From an uncultured Lentimicrobiaceae bacterium (lineage in GTDB: Bacteria > Bacteroidota > Bacteroidia > Bacteroidales > UBA4417), in NCBI GenBank assembly GCA_964495865.1, contig CAZBZA010000002.1, positions 1-34,588 of the forward strand: a stretch of 34,588 nucleotides of DNA, given 5' to 3'. Below the pieces are notes generated by a model. The model was not told the origin of the DNA. It saw only the letters and a program-made list of their open reading frames with translations, and made no database searches. The stretch's first letter is position 1; each line of letters starts with the position of its first letter. The translations under genes and the position numbers were made by a program. This document shows, piece by piece, positions 17,857 to 25,758 of this stretch.

Positions 17857-18094
17857 GGTATATTCTCCTTTTAATTTTTAAGTTAAACTTTTTGAATTTG
17901 AGTTCTAAAATTCAACTTCTGTGCCAACACTAAAACCTTATAAATTTACACCAGAAACGCGACATAATGGCTGGTGTAGTAAATTTCGTGCGCCATAATG
18001 GCATAATTTCGACTGTTAATGGCTAAAAAGAATTTACGGAATGAATAATTTGAAGCATCCGGGACCTTCTATTTTCCCGAAATACTCCTGAAAC

Positions 18095-18117
18095 GAAAAA
18101 AGCCGGAATTTCCGGCT
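18095..18117 (-). terminator. rho-independent terminator after glnA
   Basis: The minus strand reads agccgga-aat-tccggct followed by ttttt, 27 nt after the stop codon. Confidence 0.7.
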
Positions 18118-18143
18118 CAATCTGAATTTTTCAACGTGTTGTA

Positions 18144-19661
18144 TTACCCACAATGAAAATACTGCTCCACAATTTCCATCAGTTTTTCTTTGTTGTTTTC
18201 GAGTTCCTGGCGGAGGTTCTGGTCTTCGTATTTTTTCAGTTTACCTGCAAATCCTTCAATAACCGATTTAGGGAAAACATTGTATTTCATGTAAATATCG
18301 CCTTGTTCAAGCAGTTTATCTGCTGAATCCCAGCACGAAACGGGAAGCTGTCCGAGTTTAGCCGTTTGCTCTTTATGCTCATCATCAAAAATATTCACAT
18401 CCACATAAGTGTTTTTAGCATACTCAAGGGCGTTGTTCATTTCCAGTCCATGACGGGCTGCAACAGTTAAGCCGGCAAGCAAAAGGTATACATCAGCTGA
18501 GCCATCCGGGCAGCGGAATTCAACCGTTTGCTTGTTTGTAAAATCTTTAGGTTCAACAGGTTCCTGCGGATTGGCATGAAAAATCATGTTGTTGGTTCCT
18601 GACCATCCGAGAGGTACGCGAACTAAAACCGAGCGGTTTCGGTCGCCCCAGCAAATGTTGGTCGGCGCTTCCTGGTGAGGAACAAGTCTGAAATAGGAAG
18701 TTGGGTTTGTATTACCGAAAGCGGTAAGCGAAGGGGCAAGGTCGAGGTAACCTGCAATGGCTTTGCGGGCGGTATCGCTTAATTTCCCGTTTTCAACCAT
18801 GGCGTTGTCGCCGTCTTTCATCAGCCGGGTGTGAATATGCATTCCGCTGCCGGCTTTTCCAACGGTAATTTTCGGGGCAAAAGTTATTGAAACACCGTAT
18901 TTAAATGCCAATGTACGAAGTATCCATTTAGCTATAACCAATTGATCGGCAGCATCTTCGAGGTTTACAGGCAGAAATTCGATTTCGTTTTGCTCGTACT
19001 CCATTCCGTCGAATTTAAAATTCCCTACTTCGGAATGACCGTATTTTATTTTACCGCCTGTCTGGGCAATTGCAAACATGGCCTCAGCGCGCAATGCTTC
19101 CCATTTGGCAAACGGGAACGATTCGTGATACCCTTTCTGGTCAGCAGCCTGAAATAATTTTTCTTCAGGACTAATTACATAATATTCCAGTTCGCCCATT
19201 ACTTCGAATGACAAACCCGTACTGTCTTTCAGTGCTTTATGTGCTTTACGCAGAATGTACTCAGGCGAACTTTCGAGTGGATTTCCATCCTTATCGTAAT
19301 ACGAACAAAGTATATCCAGTGTAGGTATTTCGGAGAAAGGATTAACAAACGCTGTTTTGTAACGCGGAATTACATACAAATCGCTCGAACTGGCCCCGAT
19401 AAAAGGGAAAAGACTTGAACCATCAACGCGCTCGCCGGTAGTAAGAATATTATCGAGATGTTCGCGGCTGTTTATCACGAAATTGAGCGTTTTCAAACGG
19501 CCATCGCCGCCGGTGTAGCGGAAATTGATCATTGAAATATTATGATCATCAATATATCGTATCAAATCAGCTTTTGTAAACTCGTCGCTCGGTTTGTTCA
19601 GATATTGAACCAGTGAGCTCGGGTTCATTTCGGTAAGGCTGTTGGCAAAAGGGTTTTTCAT
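18144..19661 (-). CDS. glnA: glutamine synthetase (about 500-aa form)
   Basis: 505 aa with KAGSGMHIHT, NPTSYFRLVP and CPDGSADVYL blocks typical of the GS catalytic domain. Confidence 0.85.
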   Translation of the reverse strand: MKNPFANSLTEMNPSSLVQYLNKPSDEFTKADLIRYIDDHNISMINFRYTGGDGRLKTLNFVINSREHLDNILTTGERVDGSSLFPFIGASSSDLYVIPRYKTAFVNPFSEIPTLDILCSYYDKDGNPLESSPEYILRKAHKALKDSTGLSFEVMGELEYYVISPEEKLFQAADQKGYHESFPFAKWEALRAEAMFAIAQTGGKIKYGHSEVGNFKFDGMEYEQNEIEFLPVNLEDAADQLVIAKWILRTLAFKYGVSITFAPKITVGKAGSGMHIHTRLMKDGDNAMVENGKLSDTARKAIAGYLDLAPSLTAFGNTNPTSYFRLVPHQEAPTNICWGDRNRSVLVRVPLGWSGTNNMIFHANPQEPVEPKDFTNKQTVEFRCPDGSADVYLLLAGLTVAARHGLEMNNALEYAKNTYVDVNIFDDEHKEQTAKLGQLPVSCWDSADKLLEQGDIYMKYNVFPKSVIEGFAGKLKKYEDQNLRQELENNKEKLMEIVEQYFHCG

Positions 19662-19686
19662 ACTGGTTTGTTAGCAAAAAGTGCGG

Positions 19687-19694
19687 CAAAAGTA
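19687..19694 (-). promoter_or_regulatory. candidate -7 box (TAnnTTTG) for glnA
   Basis: The minus strand reads tacttttg, 26 nt upstream of the ATG at 19661. Confidence 0.35.
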
Positions 19695-19748
19695 GCAACT
19701 TTAAATGTTACGCAACAAAATATTTGAAGGCATTTCAATCGAAATGCG

Positions 19749-19756
19749 TAATTTTG
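19749..19756 (+). promoter_or_regulatory. candidate -7 box (TAnnTTTG) for the TerC gene
   Basis: taattttg, 29 nt upstream of the ATG at 19785. Confidence 0.35.
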
Positions 19757-19784
19757 AACGCTTCTAAAGTACCATAAACTCATA

Positions 19785-20897
19785 TTGTTTTCTATGATTG
19801 CCTCTGAACACCTCATTTTTGCGGGATTTCTTCTTTTTATTGCTGCCATCCTGGCCCTTGACCTCGGGATTTTTGATAAGAAAAGCCACGAAGTCAAATT
19901 CCGTGAGGCTTTTATCTGGACCCTGGTTTGGGTAAGTTTTGCAATAGGATTTTATTTTCTTCTGCTTTATTTCGGCGATCGCCTTCATGGCGTGAAAACG
20001 ATAGAAGATGTTCAGTACCGGATTGATACCTACAAACATACCTATAATATACTGGGGGTAACCGATGTAAACCAGGCAATTGAGATTTACCGTAAAAACC
20101 TGGCCCTCGAATACATCACCGGTTACCTGATCGAATACATGCTTTCCGTTGATAATGTATTTGTTATGATACTGGTTTTCATGTCGTTCGGGGTGCAACA
20201 GATGTATTACAAACGCGTACTGATGTGGGGTATTATTGGTGCGGTAATTATGAGGTTTATCTTTATCTTTCTCAGCGCAGCATTAATTCAGCGTTTCGAC
20301 TGGATTTTATATATTTTCGGCGCTTTCCTTGTATTTACAGGGATTAAAATGTTTCTCGAAAGGAATAAAGAAGATAAAGTAGATCCGGCTCACCACCCGG
20401 TTGTTAAGTTTGTATCAAGGTATTTCCCGGTCCACCCTACCTATTTTCGTCAGCATTTCTGGTTCCGCAACAAGCACGACAACAACCGTTTATATTTTAC
20501 ACCTTTGTTTTTAGTGTTATTGGTAATCGAATTTACCGATGTTATTTTTGCAGTGGATTCTGTACCAGCCATTTTCTCGATAACGCAAGACCCATATATT
20601 GTATTTTTCTCCAACATATTCGCTATTATGGGATTACGGTCCTTGTTTTTTGTAGTAGCACACGTTATAGGTATGTTCAGGTTCCTGAAACATGGTTTAG
20701 CTTTTCTGCTTTCGTTTATCGGATTCAAAATGTTGCTTCATGTTCAGCTTCACGACCTTGGATTTACAACTGTACATTCTTTGATAGTAATTATATCAAT
20801 ATTAAGCTTAAGCATAGCCGCATCGCTGATCTGGCCTGATAAAAGCCGGAAAAAACGTAAAGTTGTCAGTGAACTAACAGGAGAAAAGCCTTTATAG
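19785..20897 (+). CDS. TerC family integral membrane protein
   Basis: EYMLSVDNVFV and EFTDVIFAVDSVPAIF motifs, with multiple TM helices. Confidence 0.85.
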   Translation: MFSMIASEHLIFAGFLLFIAAILALDLGIFDKKSHEVKFREAFIWTLVWVSFAIGFYFLLLYFGDRLHGVKTIEDVQYRIDTYKHTYNILGVTDVNQAIEIYRKNLALEYITGYLIEYMLSVDNVFVMILVFMSFGVQQMYYKRVLMWGIIGAVIMRFIFIFLSAALIQRFDWILYIFGAFLVFTGIKMFLERNKEDKVDPAHHPVVKFVSRYFPVHPTYFRQHFWFRNKHDNNRLYFTPLFLVLLVIEFTDVIFAVDSVPAIFSITQDPYIVFFSNIFAIMGLRSLFFVVAHVIGMFRFLKHGLAFLLSFIGFKMLLHVQLHDLGFTTVHSLIVIISILSLSIAASLIWPDKSRKKRKVVSELTGEKPL

Positions 20898-20937
20898 CCG
20901 TGATAGTGTTTCGGATGGTTTAAGAGAATGTTTGATT

Positions 20938-21618
20938 TTATTCTATTTCGATAAAATCAGACTTTTCGGAGGCGCATACCGGGCAAATCCAATCTTCGGG
21001 CAAATCGGCAAACCTGATTTCATGCTCTGCTTCATCGTAAATATAGCCACAGGCTGTGCATTCGAATTTCTTCAGTCCACCTGAAATAGTTTTGGCTTCA
21101 ATCTTTGTTTTATCAATATATGTTGGCGCATTTTTAGGTGACATTCCTTTGCGTACCTTTCGGTAATGCAGGTAAGTAATGGCTTCCCTGGTATCATCAA
21201 CCACCTCAGCCTGAATTAGTTCGCCAATGAAAATGAGGTGAGTGCCAGCATCAATTGTTTGAACCACTTTAAATTCGAGGAATGCGATGCAATCGTTCAT
21301 AACAATAGGAACGCCGGTTTCGCCGTATTTCACTTTCATGCCTTCGAGCTTATCAAAATCCCGTCCGCATTTATACCCAAAGCGCCCGATAATATCAGGA
21401 TCAGTATCATTATGAAGTACCGAGACAGCAAAAGCGCCTGATTCGGTAATAAATTCAGCAGTGTAATTATCTTTATTGCAACTGGCTGCGAATTGCGGCG
21501 GTTCGGCTGTAACCTGGAACACTGTATTGGAAATGTAACCGTTACCCTTGGCTTTATTACCTGAACTTACGATATACAGACCGTATGAAATTTGAAAAAG
21601 CGCGTCGAATTGTATCAT
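20938..21618 (-). CDS. flavin reductase domain fused to C-terminal rubredoxin (high-molecular-weight rubredoxin type)
   Basis: The N-terminal part is flavin-reductase-like (YGLYIVSS...). The C-terminal part has CTACGYIYDE...PEDWICPVC (2x CxxC rubredoxin knuckles). Confidence 0.8.
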   Translation of the reverse strand: MIQFDALFQISYGLYIVSSGNKAKGNGYISNTVFQVTAEPPQFAASCNKDNYTAEFITESGAFAVSVLHNDTDPDIIGRFGYKCGRDFDKLEGMKVKYGETGVPIVMNDCIAFLEFKVVQTIDAGTHLIFIGELIQAEVVDDTREAITYLHYRKVRKGMSPKNAPTYIDKTKIEAKTISGGLKKFECTACGYIYDEAEHEIRFADLPEDWICPVCASEKSDFIEIE

Positions 21619-21750
21619 GGCACTATAATTTACCTGTTATTTTAAACTATAAATATAGGACAAATACTTTCAGAATATTGAGGACAAAATAAATATTTCG
21701 GGATACACTTTATTAACTGATTAAAATAGAAATTCATTTCCCTGGTCTAG

Positions 21751-21816
21751 CCTCCTCAATCTCCTCAATCCCATCAATCCCATCAATCTCCTCAATCCCC
21801 TTAATCCCTTCAATCC
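21751..21816. repeat. 9-bp tandem repeat (about 7 units, consensus CTCAATCCC) overlapping the meaB stop
   Basis: cctcctcaatctcctcaatcccatcaatcccatcaatctcctcaatccccttaatcccttcaatcc. Confidence 0.9.
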
Positions 21817-22910
21817 TTCTCTCCAAAATATTTCTCCAGCAACAACTGAGCCGCCACATAAGCGCTTATTTTCTCGTTATGCAATTCGGTTTCCACCTTG
21901 GTCATCAGTTTTTTTATTTCAAGCTGATTGTAAAAATGATCGTGCAATGCCTGATCGATAACATTCATCATAATCTGCTTCGATTGTTGCAGCCGGCGTT
22001 TAGCGAAATAGCCATTTTCTTTTGTGAATTCAACATATTTGCTAATCATTTCTTCCACTTTCGGGATTCCGTTTTTAGTGATGGATGAACATGCTTCACA
22101 AACAGGTTGCCAGCCCGATTCGGTAGGAGGGAAGTAGTGTAAAGCACTGCGAAGCTCAGCCATAGCCACATTAACGCGGTTAAGATTGTCGCCGTCTGCT
22201 TTGTTAATAACCACGGCATCGGCCATTTCCATGATTCCGCGTTTAATGCCCTGAAGTTCATCACCGGCTCCGCCAAGCATCAGCAAAAGGAAAAAATCGA
22301 CCATGGAATGCACTGCAATTTCGCTCTGACCTACGCCTACTGTTTCCACTAAAATAGTATCAAAACCTGCAGCTTCGCATAAAAGCATTGTTTCCCTGGT
22401 TTTGCGGGCAACACCACCCAGCGACCCAGCCGCCGGCGATGGCCTTATGAACGCATGTGGATCAATGGAAAGTTCTTCCATGCGGGTTTTATCGCCAAGT
22501 ATACTGCCGCGCGACCGCGAACTACTCGGATCAATAGCCAATACTGCAATTTTATGTCCCTGCGAAGTAAGATGTTTACCGAAAGCCTCGATAAAAGTAC
22601 TTTTACCCACCCCGGGAACGCCTGTAATCCCAATCCTGACTGAATTTCCCGAAAGCGGCAAACATTTGCTGATAATATTTTGAGCCAGCTCCTGGTGCAA
22701 AGGCAATGCGCTTTCAATCAGTGTAATAGCCTGGCTGAGAATAGTGCGGTTACCGGAGCGAATGCCTTCGACATACTGATCAGGAGTAAGAAGTTTCCGA
22801 CCAGGTTTACTGAAATGTTTTGCTGCACCTTCATTAACTGAGGGTGGCTGTTCGATGCCATCGTTCACTTTAAGTGCTGATTTAAAAGGGCTATTGCCTG
22901 AAGAATCCAT
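21810..22910 (-). CDS. meaB: methylmalonyl-CoA mutase-associated GTPase MeaB/ArgK
   Basis: P-loop GITGVPGVGKSTF, ILVETVGVGQSE and INKADGDN. Confidence 0.88.
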   Translation of the reverse strand: MDSSGNSPFKSALKVNDGIEQPPSVNEGAAKHFSKPGRKLLTPDQYVEGIRSGNRTILSQAITLIESALPLHQELAQNIISKCLPLSGNSVRIGITGVPGVGKSTFIEAFGKHLTSQGHKIAVLAIDPSSSRSRGSILGDKTRMEELSIDPHAFIRPSPAAGSLGGVARKTRETMLLCEAAGFDTILVETVGVGQSEIAVHSMVDFFLLLMLGGAGDELQGIKRGIMEMADAVVINKADGDNLNRVNVAMAELRSALHYFPPTESGWQPVCEACSSITKNGIPKVEEMISKYVEFTKENGYFAKRRLQQSKQIMMNVIDQALHDHFYNQLEIKKLMTKVETELHNEKISAYVAAQLLLEKYFGEKD

Positions 22911-23006
22911 AGGTCAAAAATAACAATTAGAAAGCTTGCCGGGTTCATCAAAAATGCGATTACACATAAAAGAAATAATTTTTTATCAACAAAAACGAAA
23001 AAATGT

Positions 23007-23014
23007 TACTTTTG
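23007..23014 (+). promoter_or_regulatory. candidate -7 box (TAnnTTTG) for the tRNA cluster
   Basis: tacttttg, 12 nt upstream of the first tRNA-like 5' end. Confidence 0.4.
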
Positions 23015-23025
23015 CACCCTCAAAT

Positions 23026-23078
23026 CTCTCCGTAGCTCAGCTGGTAGAGCATCCCGACTTTAGTCGGGAGGGTCACAG
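23026..23078 (+). pseudogene. truncated tRNA-like fragment (acceptor 5' strand, D-arm, aberrant anticodon arm; no T-arm or 3' acceptor)
   Basis: 23022-23051 is identical to 23106-23135 of tRNA-Lys(CTT). It is followed by a 7-bp palindrome with a TTTA tetraloop (tcccgac ttta gtcggga), then the shared gggtcacag. The sequence then diverges into tcaagaacagag..., which cannot form a T-arm. Confidence 0.6.
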
Positions 23079-23109
23079 TCAAGAACAGAGTTGGTGAAAC
23101 AAAAAAAAT

Positions 23110-23182
23110 CTCTCCGTAGCTCAGCTGGTAGAGCAATTGACTCTTAATCAATGGGTCACAGGTTCGAATCCTGTCGGGGAGA
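23110..23182 (+). tRNA. tRNA-Lys (anticodon CTT)
   Basis: Manual cloverleaf: ctctccg/cggggag acceptor, gctc-agctggta-gagc D-arm, attga-ctCTTaa-tcaat anticodon arm, acagg-ttcgaat-cctgt T-arm. Confidence 0.9.
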
Positions 23183-23212
23183 CTACTTTCGAAAATGGAA
23201 GTTCTTTAAAAT

Positions 23213-23286
23213 CGGGATGTAGCGCAGCCTGGTAGCGTGCTTCGTTCGGGACGAAGAGGCCGGAGGTTCGAATCCTCTCATCCCGA
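23213..23286 (+). tRNA. tRNA-Pro (anticodon CGG)
   Basis: cgggatg/catcccg acceptor, cttcg-ttCGGga-cgaag anticodon arm, ggagg-ttcgaat-cctct T-arm. Confidence 0.9.
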
Positions 23287-23295
23287 CTTTAAAAA

Positions 23296-23329
23296 AGCCT
23301 GCTTGAAATTTACAGGCAGGCTTTGTTTT
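23296..23329 (+). terminator. hairpin plus T-rich tract between tRNA-Pro and tRNA-Thr (terminator or processing signal)
   Basis: agcctgc...gcaggct followed by ttgtttt. It ends only 4 nt before tRNA-Thr. Confidence 0.35.
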
Positions 23330-23332
23330 AAT

Positions 23333-23405
23333 GCCACTTTAGCTCAGTTGGTAGAGCAGCTCATTCGTAATGAGCAGGTCGTGGGTTCGAGTCCCATTAG
23401 TGGCT
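23333..23405 (+). tRNA. tRNA-Thr (anticodon CGT)
   Basis: gccactt/tagtggc acceptor (a U-U at pair 7-66), gctca-ttCGTaa-tgagc anticodon arm, gtggg-ttcgagt-cccat T-arm. Confidence 0.85.
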
Positions 23406-23419
23406 CAAATTAATTTATA

Positions 23420-23457
23420 ACGAAATGTAAATCAGCAATTTACATTTCGTTTTTTTA
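23420..23457 (+). terminator. rho-independent terminator of the tRNA cluster
   Basis: 13-bp stem acgaaatgtaaat / atttacatttcgt with loop cagca, then ttttttt. Confidence 0.8.
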
Positions 23458-23523
23458 TTAAGGCATAATTTATTGATTGTAATTTCTTAAAGATTTGCCT
23501 GCTCTTTTTGCCTCACTTTTGTA

Positions 23524-24174
23524 CTATTCAACCGCAATCAATCCACCTTTCCCCGAAATAGTGCTGGTAATAACCGGATTCCCTGTATAATAAAGTGTCC
23601 CGGAGCCAGGAATTATTGCGTGAAGCGATTCAGATGCATTTATAGTAACAATTCCGTTGCCTTTGATGGTCACTTCGGCATCCTTTAGCTTCATTTCGCC
23701 CAGATTTATTTCCCCTGAACCCGAAAGGTCTACAGATGCATTCCTGATTCGTCCGGCGCAAGATATTGTGCCTTCGCCTTTCAGATTTATATTCGGAACC
23801 GGGCATTCAGAACGAATTGTTCCTTTTCCCGATAAACTGATTTCGTCAAGACATGGCATGTAAATGGTAATTCTGATTGAACTGTCGGAGCACACGGTGA
23901 ACTCCCCCGTCGAAATTATAAGTAAGCCGTCGCGCTCTGTGATAAGGATCAGCGGTAAGATGTTTTCCTGGGCTGAAATCCGGATGTTGCTGATTTTGCT
24001 TTTAATAATTTGAATATCAGCACAAATCCGGCTTTCAATACGAGTGAATGGCGTTGTTTTTCGAAATTCGCTGCGTAAACCTCCTTTGCCCTTTACTATG
24101 GTTGTAGCCGAGCCGGACAAAACAGGCACTAACAATAGCATGCACAGGAAATAGCAAAATAATGTAGCTTTCAT
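23524..24174 (-). CDS. DUF2807-like (head GIN domain) secreted protein
   Basis: Repetitive G.G...(I/V) beta-solenoid-like pattern: SLSGKGTI, LKGEGTI, LSGSGEI, IKGNGIV, IPGSGTLYYTGNP. The start at 24174 (MKATLFCYFLCMLLL...) is preferred. Confidence 0.6.
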   Translation of the reverse strand: MKATLFCYFLCMLLLVPVLSGSATTIVKGKGGLRSEFRKTTPFTRIESRICADIQIIKSKISNIRISAQENILPLILITERDGLLIISTGEFTVCSDSSIRITIYMPCLDEISLSGKGTIRSECPVPNINLKGEGTISCAGRIRNASVDLSGSGEINLGEMKLKDAEVTIKGNGIVTINASESLHAIIPGSGTLYYTGNPVITSTISGKGGLIAVE

Positions 24175-24236
24175 TTTTCGACCAGGTTTAGGCTTGTATA
24201 CATGCATTTTATGATTGAAAACCGGAATTGTACTGT

Positions 24237-24893
24237 TTAGAATTTACCGAATTTCAATCCGGCAGTTGCTGTGAAATTATTCATCATATCGGAAGGAGTA
24301 TTGATCATTTCGAGTCCGCTTACAAAACGGTAACTGAAGCCGGCATTGAAACGCATAAATTTGAAAACATTTATTTCGGCGCGGATTCCTGGTTCTACGG
24401 AGAAGAAAACATCCGTATCAAGATTTTTATGGTAAGTATCCCATTCATCCTCATCCCATTCCCAATAGTCCATATCATTTATATAGCTGGCAGCGCCGCC
24501 GCCAATCATAAGCGGGAAAGTCAGGTGAACAGCAGATTTCGGGAAAAGGGTATATTCAAACATAAAACGGCCAAAACCACCTTCGAGGTATGCGCCTGTA
24601 GTGTCGGTTATATGGCTGTAATACATCGAATTACGGTTAGTCCAGCCGGAACCGGAGAATCCAATTGAAAAATTGTGGTTAATAATAAGCCCGGCATTTA
24701 ATCCGCTCAGGTAAACATTGCGCGAGCCGAATTGTGTATATCCGTTATCGATGCCGACAAACCAGCCCAATTTTGCTTCTTTGTTTTTGCCGAAGATTGT
24801 CCCGATCTGATCATTATCTGCTGTTGAATTGTCCTGTGCAGTTGCAAAAATTGACATAATCAGGAGTACTGAAATTAATGTAAAGTGTTTCAT
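24237..24893 (-). CDS. outer-membrane beta-barrel (porin-family) protein
   Basis: Signal peptide MKHFTLISVLLIMSIFATAQ, alternating-hydrophobic strands, and a C-terminal ...GLKFGKF ending in Phe. Confidence 0.65.
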   Translation of the reverse strand: MKHFTLISVLLIMSIFATAQDNSTADNDQIGTIFGKNKEAKLGWFVGIDNGYTQFGSRNVYLSGLNAGLIINHNFSIGFSGSGWTNRNSMYYSHITDTTGAYLEGGFGRFMFEYTLFPKSAVHLTFPLMIGGGAASYINDMDYWEWDEDEWDTYHKNLDTDVFFSVEPGIRAEINVFKFMRFNAGFSYRFVSGLEMINTPSDMMNNFTATAGLKFGKF

Positions 24894-25064
24894 TTTATTT
24901 TAATTATTGATTTTGATGCAAAACTACTCCTGATTAATCGGGCATAAAACTAATATCAGGTGAACGCCAGAAAATGTAGGATAAAGGACTGAATTTCAGG
25001 GTTGAGTATGATCTGTAATATGGAAAGCAAGAGAGTTGTCAACTGATTTTTAGTTAGTATTCCG

Positions 25065-25099
25065 ATAAAAAGAAAAGTTCCGGAAAACTTTCCCGGAAC
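25065..25099 (-). terminator. rho-independent terminator
   Basis: gttccgg...ccggaac stem with the A/T-rich run ataaaaagaaaa (T-run on the minus strand), about 40 nt downstream of the stop at 25139. Confidence 0.6.
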
Positions 25100-25138
25100 T
25101 TTTGATTGTGTTCAAATAAGCAAATTTTAGCGCAGTGT

Positions 25139-25585
25139 TTATAAAGACTTAATTCCGAAAAACATCAGAATGTTGGAAGCATTGTTCCGGTCGGTCCGAA
25201 CATGAAGATTTCCATCTTTATAAACAAAATACTCTTTGCCTGAATCCTTGTCCGATGGGTTGGAATAGCTGTAAAGCTTCAACCCGGACCTGACGGCGAT
25301 ACACTCCATCAACACAAAATCAGGAGTTTCAGGATCATTGTCTGCAAGTGGAAGAAGTTCAAAAAGTTTTGATCCGTTCATGTAAGAAAGTACATCGTGG
25401 TTTGGCACCTTTACAGTTTTCCCATCTTCAGCAATAACAGTTGTTTTCAGAAGTCCTATCTTCAGTTTTTGACCGAAATAAACATTTTCTGCAGTTTTTA
25501 CATAACAAGCAGGCTCTGATCCAGCCATAACACTGGAATAGAAACCAATAAAAAGTAATGAGGCAATTACAATTGATTTTTTCAT
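25139..25585 (-). CDS. hypothetical secreted protein
   Basis: 148 aa with signal peptide MKKSIVIASLLFIGFYSSVMA. I recognise no motif. Confidence 0.5.
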   Translation of the reverse strand: MKKSIVIASLLFIGFYSSVMAGSEPACYVKTAENVYFGQKLKIGLLKTTVIAEDGKTVKVPNHDVLSYMNGSKLFELLPLADNDPETPDFVLMECIAVRSGLKLYSYSNPSDKDSGKEYFVYKDGNLHVRTDRNNASNILMFFGIKSL

Positions 25586-25758
25586 TTCATTTAGTTTTAA
25601 GATTTAACGGTGTAAAATTATTTCACCCTTAAAAGGTATAAAACGAAAACTGGATGAATGACGAAACCGAAGGGTTAAAAGTGTGAATATCCGGTATGAA
25701 GATAAAAATCATTTACAAAGTCTGGAACAGAAATCTTAAGGCAAACGAAACGGCCAGG

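Noticed and set aside
17967-18026. 19-aa mini-ORF (MAGVVNFVRHNGIISTVNG) in the hsp20 upstream region.
   Set aside because: It is too short to support. The repeated AATGGC words create the frame, there is no promoter or RBS context, and it is more likely a by-product of the repeated boxes.
19662-19784. A yybP-ykoY (manganese) riboswitch upstream of the TerC-family gene.
   Set aside because: TerC/Alx genes often carry this riboswitch. Here the 123-bp spacer is AT-rich and lacks the conserved G-rich four-way-junction core. It also has to hold the divergent glnA and terC promoter boxes, which leaves a leader of only about 25 nt.
21751-21816. The tandem array as a CRISPR or other spacer-containing array.
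   Set aside because: The period is 9 bp with no unique spacers, and there are no cas genes. It is a microsatellite-like array.
22915-22922. A TAnnTTTG match (minus strand tatttttg) as the meaB promoter.
   Set aside because: It lies only 5 nt from the meaB ATG, too close to be a functional -7 box for that start codon.
22911-23520. The tRNA cluster as an integration hotspot with a genomic island downstream.
   Set aside because: There is no integrase, no duplicated tRNA 3' end (the fragment is a 5' portion), and no obviously foreign genes. The downstream genes are ordinary envelope proteins on the opposite strand.
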